From the NCBI GenBank assembly GCA_030141605.1, contig JAQGDQ010000001.1:2418001-2482000 (forward strand): a DNA stretch of 64,000 nucleotides, in the 5' to 3' direction. Positions 40,076-52,800 of the stretch are shown piece by piece. Within the stretch, counting starts at the first letter, position 1; every line of letters begins with the position of its first letter. A program made the position numbers and the translations under genes. The DNA comes from Tubiluchus corallicola (taxonomy: Eukaryota; Animalia; Priapulida). Under the pieces are notes generated by a model, which saw only the letters and a list, made by a program, of their open reading frames with translations, did not search any database and was not told the origin of the DNA.

Positions 40076-42053
40076 TTACTCATTTTCTTCAGAGCGTAAT
40101 CGAGCGTTAGGATTGGTCACTTTGATAGCAAGCTGAGCAGCACGCTCCACGATCGTTTTGCGTTTTCGTGCTGATACACTGTGTGCAATCTCAGCACAAT
40201 AATGCTTATTCTGCATTAGCAAAACTTCCAGCTCCTATTAAAAAAAATTTAAACGCAATTTTATGACATACAGTCTACTCTTCAAATAACACAATTGACA
40301 AATGTTGTGTAAGTACTGGTTTAGTGACAATTTATTTTAATGGCAATAAACTTTACTACCAACTACATTTTTTCACTTACTAAGGAAAGTTTCATTTTAA
40401 ATTTTGAGCTTTATTTAAAACACTGAACATTGTTTTCATCGTTAAGCCATTTTCTAAAACCTGAAGCTTATTCCTGAATGAATTCTTAATTTACTACGCA
40501 TGGTGTAGTTTAAAGGCAAGAAAAGGGGGCAACTGAAGTAGGTTCCAGAAAAATCGCCTTAAAAAATTATATTACTTTACAGCAATTTTATGCACGTATC
40601 GTATGCGTGTTGAAAGGAATTTCCGTTTGCTTTCATTTTAAATCTCCCGCAATACTGTTCCGACGGTGCCATTACATGACGTCACTAAAATACGTAAATT
40701 AGGGAAAGAAAAGGCAATGTTAAATTATGACCCATTATGACCTTTCCGTGCAAATCTATATTACTCAGCATTTCACTTACCAGCTGGAAACACTTATGTA
40801 ACTAGACTAATCATTTAAAATGTTTGTGCCAGTTGGTAAAATGTCACCGACTCGCCCTCCAGGGTGCGCCACTCACTAGCGAAAAATGTATTTTTAATCT
40901 TATTGACAAGATACAGTAATTTAAAATTTCACTTAATTAGCAACATGTATGCTACGGATGCTCTGATTATTTTTTCAAACTTTACTCAATGTTATCAAAA
41001 CTTGTTTCAAAGGACCTACCATTAAAATGGCTGCGCCTAACGGTCATTGTGGGAGTTTAAATGAACACGTATTATACAGCGTTACGGCCGATGCAAGCCA
41101 TGCATACGAAAAGGTAGTATGTAAGTGGTATAAAATTTTGAGACGAATTTTTTAAGCTTTATGTAAGCGGAGAGTTTGCTTGTGCTTTAGCAAAACAGTT
41201 TGCACTGATAATAGTTTGTCCTTTTAACTCAGAATACACGACATTCTTTACTATTTTTAACTATTTATCACACAGTCATTTTTGACTTGCACATTAAACA
41301 AAACACGAAAGCTTTTCACTTTTATAGAAATCAGTACAATAAATTTGTTGACATACAATGGCTACAATAATAATTTGCATATAAGCTTACCCGAATGTTG
41401 TGAACAAGAAATTTTCGGAAGCCATCAGGAAGCATGTGTCGTGTTTTCTTTGCACTGCCATAACCAATATTCGGCATCAAGTATTGACCTTTAAACCTAC
41501 GCCGCACTCTGTTGTCTATACCCTTGGGTTTGCGCCAGTTTGGCTGAAATTTTAAAAACATTAGTAAGCTCTTATTTTACGAAAAAATATTTATTCGGAA
41601 ACAAAAGCATTAAGCAAATGCTCTTGAAGTCTTAACAGAAAGCTCTAACACAGCCTTGGCTTTCAAATTTAAAGCTAAAAGACAAGCACGTTTTATGTGA
41701 CCACACTGCAATAGTAGAATCAAACCAAACTTTGCCTGTATGACAAATTGTAGTACCACAATCCAAAATGTGAAGCTCTATCATTTTTTTCAAAAATGTA
41801 ATGATCAGAACAGCTAAAACAAGCACATATAGTAACACAGTATTAGTACTATTAGTAGTCAATATAGAATTTTGATGTCTAATTTACGAATTGTCCTTTT
41901 GAAGAAGATTATCTAGACTCATAAATCATTTTTAATTCAAAGTTGCCTTTCACTTACCTTAACTTTACCATAGCGATCCGACTGATGACGTATAAACTTC
42001 TTTCGTCGTTTTTTCACAATCTTCGGTCTTGTAAGAGGTGTTAACTGACCCAT
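40076..42053 (-). CDS. RPL32: 60S ribosomal protein L32 (eL32), 135 aa, 3 coding exons
   Basis: Exons 41958-42053 ([17 protein letters not shown]), 41391-41543 ([20 protein letters not shown]..) and 40076-40234 ([21 protein letters not shown]). AATAAA on the minus strand at 40052-40057. Confidence 0.98.
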
Positions 42054-42130
42054 TTTACTTAAGAATTGCAATCTAATGGTAAATTCAACATAAATTAAAT
42101 GTATAATGTAAAATGCTTATTTACCTAATA

Positions 42131-42958
42131 CAGTAGTCGCCGCTTAACAGATTCATGGTTAATAGACTTAATCGTTTAATTGACTCAAAAATGCCTGGAA
42201 CAGGCCGCTTCTATTCCAATATACATAACAACTATCTTTAATTGACTCAAATAACGTCGCTTAATTGACTCAATATTTTTCCTTCACATACTTAAAATAA
42301 GACATTTGTATGTGCCCACACAGCCTTTCCTACTTTTATGCATTCTTTACTTCCCCTTTGTGCACTATGTATACGGAAACAATAGTGTAATTTTGTAAAC
42401 AGGTATGTTTATCATGCGCTAATATGCTAGCGTAGCGGTTTTGCTTTTGATCTGTTACCCGCTCGCCCACTGCAATTAACCTCGTTACCCAAAGAAATTC
42501 TGGAAGCTAAACATTTAATCACTTGCCTAGTGGTTTCCTTTTGATGCTCTGGTTGTATATCACGCTTTCAGGCTTAATGAGTTAATAGTCAAAGATGCAG
42601 GTACAGTACATTTACTGGGCATGTCTAGAGCAATGTAAGTGAGCAGACAATTCAGGACTGTTTTAGTCATGCCCACTCCAGACTTGTCTGATTTAGAAAA
42701 GTATACTTTTTAATTTGTTGTTAATTCACATATATAAATTAATATTTTAAAATATTTTTTTTCCTAATTTTTAATTGCACAAAGGAATTTAGGCATTACT
42801 TCATTTCTAAAATTGATTAAAAGCCTTTTCAGTGCAAAGTAAGCTGATGACTTATACATCTATAGCAGTAATACTACACCCATTGGTTAATAGGTTCAAT
42901 TGGTTAATTGGGTCAAAACAAGTGGTCCCAAAGTGAGTCTATTAAGCGGCGACTACTG
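42131..42958. mobile_element. Tc1/pogo-type MITE in RPL32 intron 1
   Basis: 21-bp TIR CAGTAGTCGCCGCTTAA(C/T)AGA and TA TSD on both sides. Confidence 0.92.
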
Positions 42959-43775
42959 TATAAGAACCACTTACACATCATACATGCAAGTTCCCACAAT
43001 GCATATGATCGTACAAACATTATGCATGAAACTTCTAACATCACGCCTGTAGCCCGAATTCATCAAGCAAACTCATAAAAACATTCTAGTTTTGCTGGGT
43101 GCTACATTTGAAAAATATGTTATTATAGGGTAAATGCATAAGGTTAAAGAATGACCAGTGGTTGTGGTGTGTTCATGATTGCAAACTTAAACAATACTAG
43201 GTCTTCGTTATAAAATGGATGGGTGATTGAAGGAAAACTGCTTCATCCATGCCCATGTATATCCAACTATGGCTGAAAGCCTGAAACATTTTTGTCATTT
43301 AAGGTTTGTATCTCAGAAGATTGACCTTGACTGTTTGATAACAAACTAATAAAAACATGCACACAAATTAGAACCCTCTTCCCTGTTATGAGTTTCAACT
43401 TGCACAAGAAAAAATATGCAGAGGGTTACTGTATAACAAAAGACCCTCAAATGCGACTAATCAAGTGCCGGTTTCGGGAAAACGCACTTCCTTACCCGAG
43501 CCATCAACACGGGTCCTTACTAATATTTTGACATGGCACCAATCAAGAGTTATATCGTAAAGGCAATTCTCGGCCCTTGTAAAAGGCACCAGAATTTGAA
43601 CTTTCAAAAGTTGGCAGTTTATGAATAATAAACAGTTACAGTTCACAAAATTGCGAAATAAATTTGATAATACAGATACATGCGTCGCCTAATAATAATT
43701 CCTTTAGTTATGATTACTGTTTTATCACAGCTGTTAAACAGATTGAAAAATTAAATTTTTGCGAGGCACACTTAC

Positions 43776-43797
43776 CTGGCATAATAACAAGAAGAGG
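43776..43797 (-). promoter_or_regulatory. RPL32: RPL32 first (leader) exon with 5'TOP/TCT-type initiator
   Basis: Minus strand reads ttCCTCTTCTTGTTATTATGCCAG|GTAAGT: a pyrimidine start typical of ribosomal protein genes, followed by a consensus donor. The matching acceptor precedes 42072. Confidence 0.7.
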
Positions 43798-46700
43798 AAT
43801 TTGTGCCATCTATCGCCAACTGTTTAAAAGTTTGCAAGCACGATTCGGGTTCAAAGTTGTTTATTTGTGTCTCTTGGCTCTAGTGATTTTTGACCCCGTT
43901 CAAGTGTTCATCCGGCTGTCTGAATGTACAATAAACTAAAATAGACAAAAAAGGTTATAATAAATAAAATAATAAAAAATGGAGTTAAATTGGTAGTAAT
44001 TAGTAAGCAATCCGTAATACGCAGTTATAATAATAATAAATCGCGCAGCAATATGAAATTCACAGAACCTTTGGCAGCGCGAACCTTTTTCATATTATGT
44101 TCGTTGTCAGATGGCAGCACAGTGCAGTAGCTCTTTGTCCTTAACGAACAAGCAGTTTTCGCGAATAAACCTATTTTTTTCGCATTTATACTATGAATGA
44201 ACACATTATACTGATTGTCTTGGAGATGAATTTACTGTTATATATATATAATTTATTTATAAATAAATATTCATTTACTAGTATTGTGATAAAGCTTCTG
44301 GAGTGCTCTGAAGTGAACTTGGTTTCCATAATAATAATATCCACACAATTATGATATTGTTAAAATGTCAATTAAAAAGTGCTAGCACTGATGGTGAATG
44401 AAACCAATAATAATAAGCAGTGTGGTATAGAAATGTGGTACCCTAATAAAAAACCAGATCATTATAAGCCAAGACATTTAGCACATTGAGAACGTCTGTC
44501 AGAGAAATAAAAATACATGATACTGATAGTAATTTCAATGTTTATTTACATGTTAAAATAATTAGTTAACATTAAAACTGCTACAAGTACATGATGGACA
44601 ACCCTGGAAACTAGATGTATTCGTATTAATAATAAAGACGTTCATAAATTTATGCGAACGAAACTTAGAAGGAAGCACTTTGCATAGGGTAACAACAGTT
44701 TCACACGATTAATGAAATTACAAATGCATGGTACAGATGAATAAAAATGGTTGCATTTTACATAGTAATGTGAAATAATTTAACAGAAAGTAAAATTTTT
44801 TCTTTCAACAACAATAAATTTTGATTCAAGTATTTACTCATGTGGGACATGGACACAATACCAGTGAGATTTTGCACCTAGTTTGTTGCCAAAATTAACT
44901 ATACTGTTTCTGACATGCACTATGTGGACTGGTGACCAACTATGACAAAATCTGGCAGCTTTAGATAGAATACCCATCATGCAGAGGTGCTTCTTGATCT
45001 TAACCACCTGGGGTTCACATACCAATGTATGTGAATTGGGAATAGTGACAATCTTTTAGCTTGAACACCCATCTCTTAATTAACAGGGGGGTGAAAAATT
45101 ATCTGTTTGATGTAGAACGCAAACTCATTAACTTGTAGCCTGAAGAAAAATTTGATTAACAAAGCTTCTACAAGTTTTCCAACAAACTGTATGGGAGTAA
45201 AAACCTATCCTTTTTGCAAAAAGAAATTAAGTTAAAAAACAAAATTGCAATATATAAATAATAATGACAACGATATTGCTTTGTAACTAAGAAACACTAA
45301 ACATCCGTAAAGAAAATGTCATCATATAATAAGCAGTACAATTAATATTTAACATAAATATAGTATGTACAAAAATTAATAATTATAACACGTATATAAA
45401 CGAATATATAAAAAATCACAGGCACAGCATCTTCAAGCTACAGAGATAATAACTCACAAAGCCTGGATAAAAACCTTGTGAATACTATGCTAGCATGTAG
45501 TAGCTCTTCATTTTGTTATTTCATCTCAAAGTGACCACATTTAACATTAACCCAAAGAAAGGAATTGCACCATGAATTAATAAGGTAGTTAACGTTACTG
45601 AAATTTTGGTAACATTAACAAAAGAACATTTTAGAAAAAACTGTATTTTGTCATATGCCTGATTTTGGCAAGTAACATAATGCAGAGTCGGTAGCTGCAT
45701 TCTTCTGACACAGAAGATCAAAACAGTGCCATACGAATTATGAACACAAGACGTACAGCTAAAGAAACACTCTACAAACAGGTTGACCACATGTGGACAT
45801 TTATAAAGCAATGTTACAAATTTGCACAAAAGAAGGCATTTGTAAGCAGATTAATCACAGATAAAATAAGCCACTTTCTACTTGTCATAAGAAAATTACA
45901 ATCAGCAGATCTTTATTCATTGTCAGCAATGTTGTAATGCAAGTGCCATTACGAGAATTATAAATACAACAAAAAGAAAACCTGAAAGTGCGACTAGCGT
46001 ACAAGTGCATTGATATCTTCAAAAAAGTATTTCTAGCAATTTTGCCTTTACAGTTACTGAATTTACAAATGGAACATTCAATTTGCCCTGGAAATTTGCT
46101 TGAGAGAAATAGGAAAGCATGCAGTTCATACAAAAATAGTTAAGTCTAATTAAAAGGTTGTAATGGCCATTTTAGTACTACTACAATACTCAGTATAAAA
46201 ATAATTGACAAAAGCTTGCCTATTTTGAATTTGTAACTACTACCACATATAAGAGCAACCTAACTTTCAGTCCTTTTCACATATTCTAGAATTCATGAAA
46301 CTTGTAATATACACACAACAGCTCAAATTATTTCCTACTAATTATATGACTGCCATCTAATGTCGATAAAACAATACAAGAAAATTTTGGCATAGAAAAT
46401 GTGTTTTTGCGAAGTCTGAAACCCAAAAATTGTAGAATCTTTTTTCTTTACATTGTTGATGAAGCTGTAGACGGTTACTGTAGGTGGTAAAAATCGTACT
46501 CTGCAAACAAGTGGAACTAATATCACTTGTCACCACATACATCCGCATTCAGGCTTGTTGTACACCTTAGTAGTGAAAAGCAGGCAATTAAGAAGTAGAA
46601 GAAAAAACAACACCACAAAGCACATTTATTGGCCTTTGATATGCATTCACTTCGTTTGGTAGTCTAGAATTATAACGCTACTTGATTTCATTAGAAGCAT

Positions 46701-46818
46701 GTGAAAATACTGTAAATGGTTGGCAAAAACTTCAGTGGCACTTACAGAGTCTGGCACTGTTACCTAAACAATGTAAATATTTACACGGTTTTTTTACACT
46801 TGCATAGAAACTGAATAA

Positions 46819-49800
46819 TCAACAAAATATATCAGGACAATCTGTCCAGTCCTTATCCCAGTATTTGAACAAATACAGCCACTCTGTGACACCGGTATGA
46901 GGGTTTGCACCTTCATAAAACCACCTGCAAGTAATAAATAAAATACTTAATGATATAGTTTAAAGCACAAGCAATATAATAAGTTTGTGCACACATACTA
47001 TAGAGATGCATACATTTTTCACGTTTTCTTGTTCAATACGCACCATTTAAACACATAACGTAGGAAGACTTAAAACCAACATAGTAAATCATCACTTAAC
47101 TGCTTCACTACCACACAATTTGTATTATAGCTCACAAAGGAGAATGTTTTAAGAAAAGGAAAATTGCTGTTCCCACAGATTATAGATTACTGCAACTTTT
47201 GCTACATTACAATCACTTTTATTGTCAAAACTGTTATTGCCAGCACCGTAGTTGTTAATATCACTGCTATCATGAGTACCGCAGCATCTGTTGTCACAAC
47301 CGCTATCACGAGTACCGCCATTTTTATCGACACTAGCTACAACACGTCATTTTCAAAGTAGTTTTGTTTTGTTGTCACAATACAGCAGACTGCAGTGCAC
47401 ATTCAGTAATAATAGCAATCTTTTCTGCAGGTTTGGCCCCGGTTTTTGACTACGGACATTTCATGGGCTATATTTTAATTTTTTGGCTAACAGAGGACAG
47501 CATCACAGTTTATTTTCAATACTTTGATTCATGTGCAAGTATCATTAGTACTGGCACACATACCAGTTAATTTGTATGTTAAGCATGATGGGGGATTCTA
47601 GTCATACAGGATGTGAAAGGGTTAACAAATGCCATGTTTAGTTATGACGATATTCATATTTAACAACGAAACTTCGCATCACAAAATGACCAACAGTTGC
47701 ATTTAAATACCAAATTTTGACATCAGTTGAAGCACTGCTTTTTTGTTTATTAAATTGTCTTAATTTGAATAGATTTCTATAATATGTAACTCTATCGTGT
47801 GCGTTGGTACTTGTTTCAATTTATTAGTGCAAAAGAAACCTTGCACACTGTTTATTATTGATCATCTCAATTGTCAGTTCAATCAATTTCAGTCAGAATA
47901 AATAGGTGTTTTTGACATCTATTAAAAATAATGTACAAATACATTAAAACTCACAAAAGAGATATATGAGGTAAACATTACAGATTTTTTTGCAGATGTG
48001 CTGTTGGAATGCATTTTCTACCAGATTTATATGGAAATATGCTTAAATAGCAATGATTACCATTCGGAAACATTAATTAATTTAAGGTGCATGTCATGAA
48101 TTAAACCGCAAAGGCTGGTGTTAAACCGTAAGCATTTTTCACATTGATATGGCGGGTGTGGTGTACACAGGACCCTAAAGTGTAGGTACCTCACGGTAGG
48201 CATAACATTGCAGCTACATCATTACAGTTAACAAAGCAAACAAGGCTATACAGCAAGTCCTTGCTTAACAACCCTAATGCGTTCCAAATGCTTCATTATG
48301 CTAAACAATGCCTTCTATAAAAAACAATGTAAAAGCATTCAGTTGCATTCCCGCCTTCTATAAAAAACAATGTAAAAGCATTCAGTTGCATTCCCCACCG
48401 CAAGATCAATAATGCCTGGCCTATGTAAGAGTGTTCACTAAGTTGCAATGTAGGACAAAAATCAATATTGTCTGGCTATGTAAAGATCTCAGTTGCCTTG
48501 CTGGACAAAAATTAATAATGCTTGGCTCATAAATAAAACACTATGACGTTTATTCCTGACAATTTTTAACTAAATGTTAAAGAGAACTAAAGCTTGCAGT
48601 GAAAATTCAAATTTGAAACATAGACTCTTTCTTGCATTGATGTACCTTCCTCTGATTGATCCCCTTTCTTCTTTCTTCTGTGTTTGCTTTTTTACAAAAA
48701 ATCTAGCATTGGTTGCATGGGCAATATTTTGTCCCACTTCTTAATTTCGCTTTCTAACTAGATTATTTTCACAACAAATTCAAGTCTAGCACCAATACTG
48801 TATTTTAAGCAGATAGTTTATCTAGATGTTTATCACTAGCCATTTCTGATTAACGCTCCTGAGAATATTTCTAGTGTTGCTCTTCAGACAACGTAAATGC
48901 AAATGAGGTGAACACAGCAATAATGTAAACATGAGAGATTATTATCAGAGGAATTTCATCTCTAGGCACGTGGGAAAGCGCTATAGTAATTGGCTAGTGG
49001 TCAGCAATGAATCGTCACTGCAGGCCTATGACTGCTCAATAGGAAAATTATTACTGTGATTTCTGTTAATAAGGCAAGTGCAGCAAACGAAATTTCAGCA
49101 CTTGAAGGCCAAAAAAATTGTTGTTAAATTAAATCGTGCGTCATTAAATGAATAAAAGATGTCAAAAGATCAGCATTGTTAAAATGAAGTGTCACTAAAT
49201 GGGAAGTCATCAAGCGAGGACTTACTGCACCAGCATTAATTATTCCTGCAAACTCTAATTATCCAGTGCATATTAATGAGAAATATAATGATTATCATCA
49301 TCTAAAGGATATTTGCTTTGATCAATTTACTGCTGGTAATGTTTTGCAGCACTGGTGAGGCCCTGACCGTGTGTTGTGCTTCTAAACATTACGAGGCACC
49401 TGATTACAAAATACTTAAATCATATCACATAAGTATTATTCCAGAAGTTTTATCTTGAACTATAACTGTAAAAGTCTGTAATGCCTCCAGAAGATGCGGT
49501 GATGTGGCTAATTTGACAATTAATGTCCAATAATTGTTGTTAACTGCAAAATGTTAGTCAGTACCTTGGCTTCCATGTTTCTTTGTACTGGTTGCGTATT
49601 TTTCTAGCTTGTCGTTGCTTTTCTTCTAATGCTAATTTGGCATCTGCAGCTCCATCTGCAAGTAAATTAATGCAATTGTTAGAATACAGATGTAATGATC
49701 AGCATGAAGATGCCTGCTCTGCAGTTTTTAAGTACTAGTTCGTCCATATGCAAGCATTAACCAAATTCAGTACTGTGCACAGTACATTGTGTATCACATC

Positions 49801-52800
49801 AATATTAGTTTCAAATGCCCGGTGTCACTTAAACTCTAAGAAAAGAATGTGTGAAACATTCGAGCAATTGTCTTTGCCCTGCCATGGTCAATAAGCACAA
49901 CCCCAAATCGGTTCGCTCTCAAATATTATGAGTTGAACAAATTTTGTTGCTCATTTCCTAATAGATCTTCTCCCGTTTACCTCATCATTCCAATTTCAAC
50001 TATTCTATGGCTTTGTGCTTCGTTGCAGATAAAAAGAAACTAACCTAACAATGATGGGTTTACACTTGTTGTACTTCTGCATAGTCATTTCTTACTTTGG
50101 TAAAAGCTCCACATGTGATTTTCATTTTTCCAATGTGTGTTTAATAAATTCTCAATAAATTCAATCAATACATACCCAAATCAGCATGTTCTAACAGCTG
50201 TATATCAGGTCGCAATCGGCTGTCAGTTGGTGCAATTTTGTTTCTCAATTCGTCTGTTAACTCATTGAGCATCATAGCAAAGTAACTAAAATTATAATTC
50301 TGAAATAAAAATATAATAGTTAAACAATATATCACAGCACCAGACATCACTATGAAGTTATACAACTACATTTTACACGCAATAAAACATCACCTATCAC
50401 CTTATCATATGTTAATCTTATTTTTAATTACACAGCACTCATGCAGTGAGTGCAGAATATACATCTGTGATGCCTACAGAAGCACTATATTCACTTACAT
50501 CCTCCACATTTTTAGATGGGCGAGTATCTTGTTGCCACAATAGAGTTGAATTTGGTATATATGGTATCTCATGCAGATTACCATCAGAAGATGCACCGCC
50601 ATCTGATGACTGCTTTGTTAACTAAAAAAGAAATGATTTCAAAGTAATAAAAATGTTGCATATTGCATTGCAAAAAACATAACAAAACCATGTGCCTGCC
50701 TGCACAAATAATTCTCAGATTTCCACAGAAGTTAGACAGATTTTCACATTTCAGCTCAAACCAAAATGTTTTACACTTTTTATGTGACATTTTCAATGTT
50801 ATGCAATGCATCATAGCATGTTTCTAGATTGTAAAAAAATACGAATTCACGTTTTTGTTGTAAAAAATAAATATCCAAAAATTGTCAAATATTGAGCATT
50901 TTCAATGGGATGAGCTTAAATTGAGAGAAATATTAAGCTCACAAAGTTCTCTAGTTTGTTTATTATAATTTCCATTATCGCAAACCACTACAGCAACATT
51001 GAAAATTTTATACTGTTCTCACTGATTACTGGAACAAGGAAAATGAGGAGACAAATTCGAAAGCACTCCTAGTTTACCTTATGACTGTTATCTTTTTTCT
51101 TAGCAACGAATGCTTCATAAGAAGGAACATCAACAGAGTACAGTGCAATATTCCACTTGCCATATAAAGCGACTAATTTTTCTTTTCTGAAATAAATGGC
51201 TTAAGTTAAAAAAGTCTCAGTAATATAATCAATTTTGCTTAGTACAAATCTAGTTATGTTAAGAAAGTCCCAGTAATATAATCAATTTTGCTTACTATAA
51301 ATCTAGTTATGTCAAATTTTCAGAGTCACTTTGCTATGATGCTAAATGAGTTAACAGAAGAATTGAGAAACAAAATTGCACCAATTGACAGAACATGCTG
51401 ATCTGGGTATGTTTTGAATTTATTGAGAATTTATTAACACACATTGGAAAAAATAAAAATCATATGTGTTACATCGAGTTCTCAAAGTCCATTATCTTGA
51501 CACACTTAAAGTTTGTTTTATCAATCAGTTGCTGAATGCTAAACCAGAACAGTAATCTTAGCTATACTTGTATGCACGCACATCCTCGGGCAAAGAGGCA
51601 GTATGGGGCAGACTAAACCACTCGAAAACAATTTTTCCCGTGCTCATGCAGTCACTCGCTCATCCATTTAATGACAAGATAAAAAATGCTTAACTTCATT
51701 TTCAAAGCCCATACTCAGGCACATACATTATCTTCTTTACATATTTAACAAATTACGAAAGAGCTTTGTCCCATAGCACTATGAAGGTCCAAAATAGTTT
51801 AGCTTATGTGGGCATAAACTGGAACAAAGAAACCGAAGTACATTTAAGAGTAGACCACAATTCGATTTGTTGTTTCTAGATCTTAGAGAAATATTTTCAA
51901 TACCTTAGAACTTACAAAATAAAATACGTACCATAACCAAGTAATTCTTGTTTCAATAAATACATATCACCCAGATACGGAAGCCAACAAGAGTAACTAT
52001 ATACTTATAAATCTATGTAAAAATGCATGACTTATTATTGTACTTCTGCTCACCTGTCGTTTAAAACATAACCATCTAGCTTGTGCAGTTCTTTGCCAAA
52101 CCATCCTAATGGTCTAAAGTTGAGCTGAGTTTTGTGTTTTGTAGACAGATTTGTAATTTGTAACTGTCCTACCTACAAACAGTTAAAAAAGAATACAAAT
52201 GCTGTTGACGTACAAGTCCACAAAGGAAGAGAAAATGTTTTGCGCATTTGGACACCAAATGCAAGTGCATTAACGTACCCTGGCAAAGGCAAGTTTATTT
52301 ATTTATTGTCGCTCATAGAACAACCAATATTATCACAAATAAATGACTGTTTAGTGACGTCACTTACGCTTACAACAACACAGAGCAAATGTAACATTGC
52401 AGTCTACAGGGCTGGTAGTGAATACGCCAGGTGTTGGTGTTCGAAGCATTCCAATGCAAAACAGATTGAGATGTAAACCAGTTGGGCAATCCTATCACTT
52501 TGCATTGCAGTGAATGATACAAACTTACAAATTTCAGTAAAGAACAATATGACCAAAACTGAAGTGCAGTAAGTCCTTATGATCCTAATGCATTAAAGCA
52601 AAAAGCATGGTTAAAGGAAACATCACTATGCAAAACAATCTTTTCCACAAAAAAACAGTGTAAAAGCATTCAGTTACATTCCCCAAGCAAAGATCAATAA
52701 TGTCTGGCCTATATAAAAGTGATCACTAAGTTGTAGTGCAGGACAATGCCTGGCTATGTAAGGCCTTCAGTTGCATTACCGAATAAAAATCAAAGACGCT

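Noticed and set aside
41138-41153. TGAGACGAATTTTT resembling the U12 snRNA Sm region
   Set aside because: No U12 5' sequence or downstream stem; the match is too short.
43418-43432. TAACCCT as a telomerase RNA template
   Set aside because: Only 7 nt, lacking the 1.5-repeat CTAACCCTAA, and no H/ACA end is recognisable.
43575-43590. GCCTTTTAC (U5 snRNA loop 1) on the minus strand
   Set aside because: The flanks do not form the U5 stem closing that loop, and no properly placed Sm site is present.
47164-47361. Thr/Val-rich 65-aa ORF
   Set aside because: Low-complexity degenerate repeat inside an ORP intron with no splice support.
50715-50735. LLWK-encoding stretch as an alternative ORP exon
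   Set aside because: Preceded by an in-frame TAA with no acceptor; the real exon is 50499-50621 ([10 protein letters not shown]).
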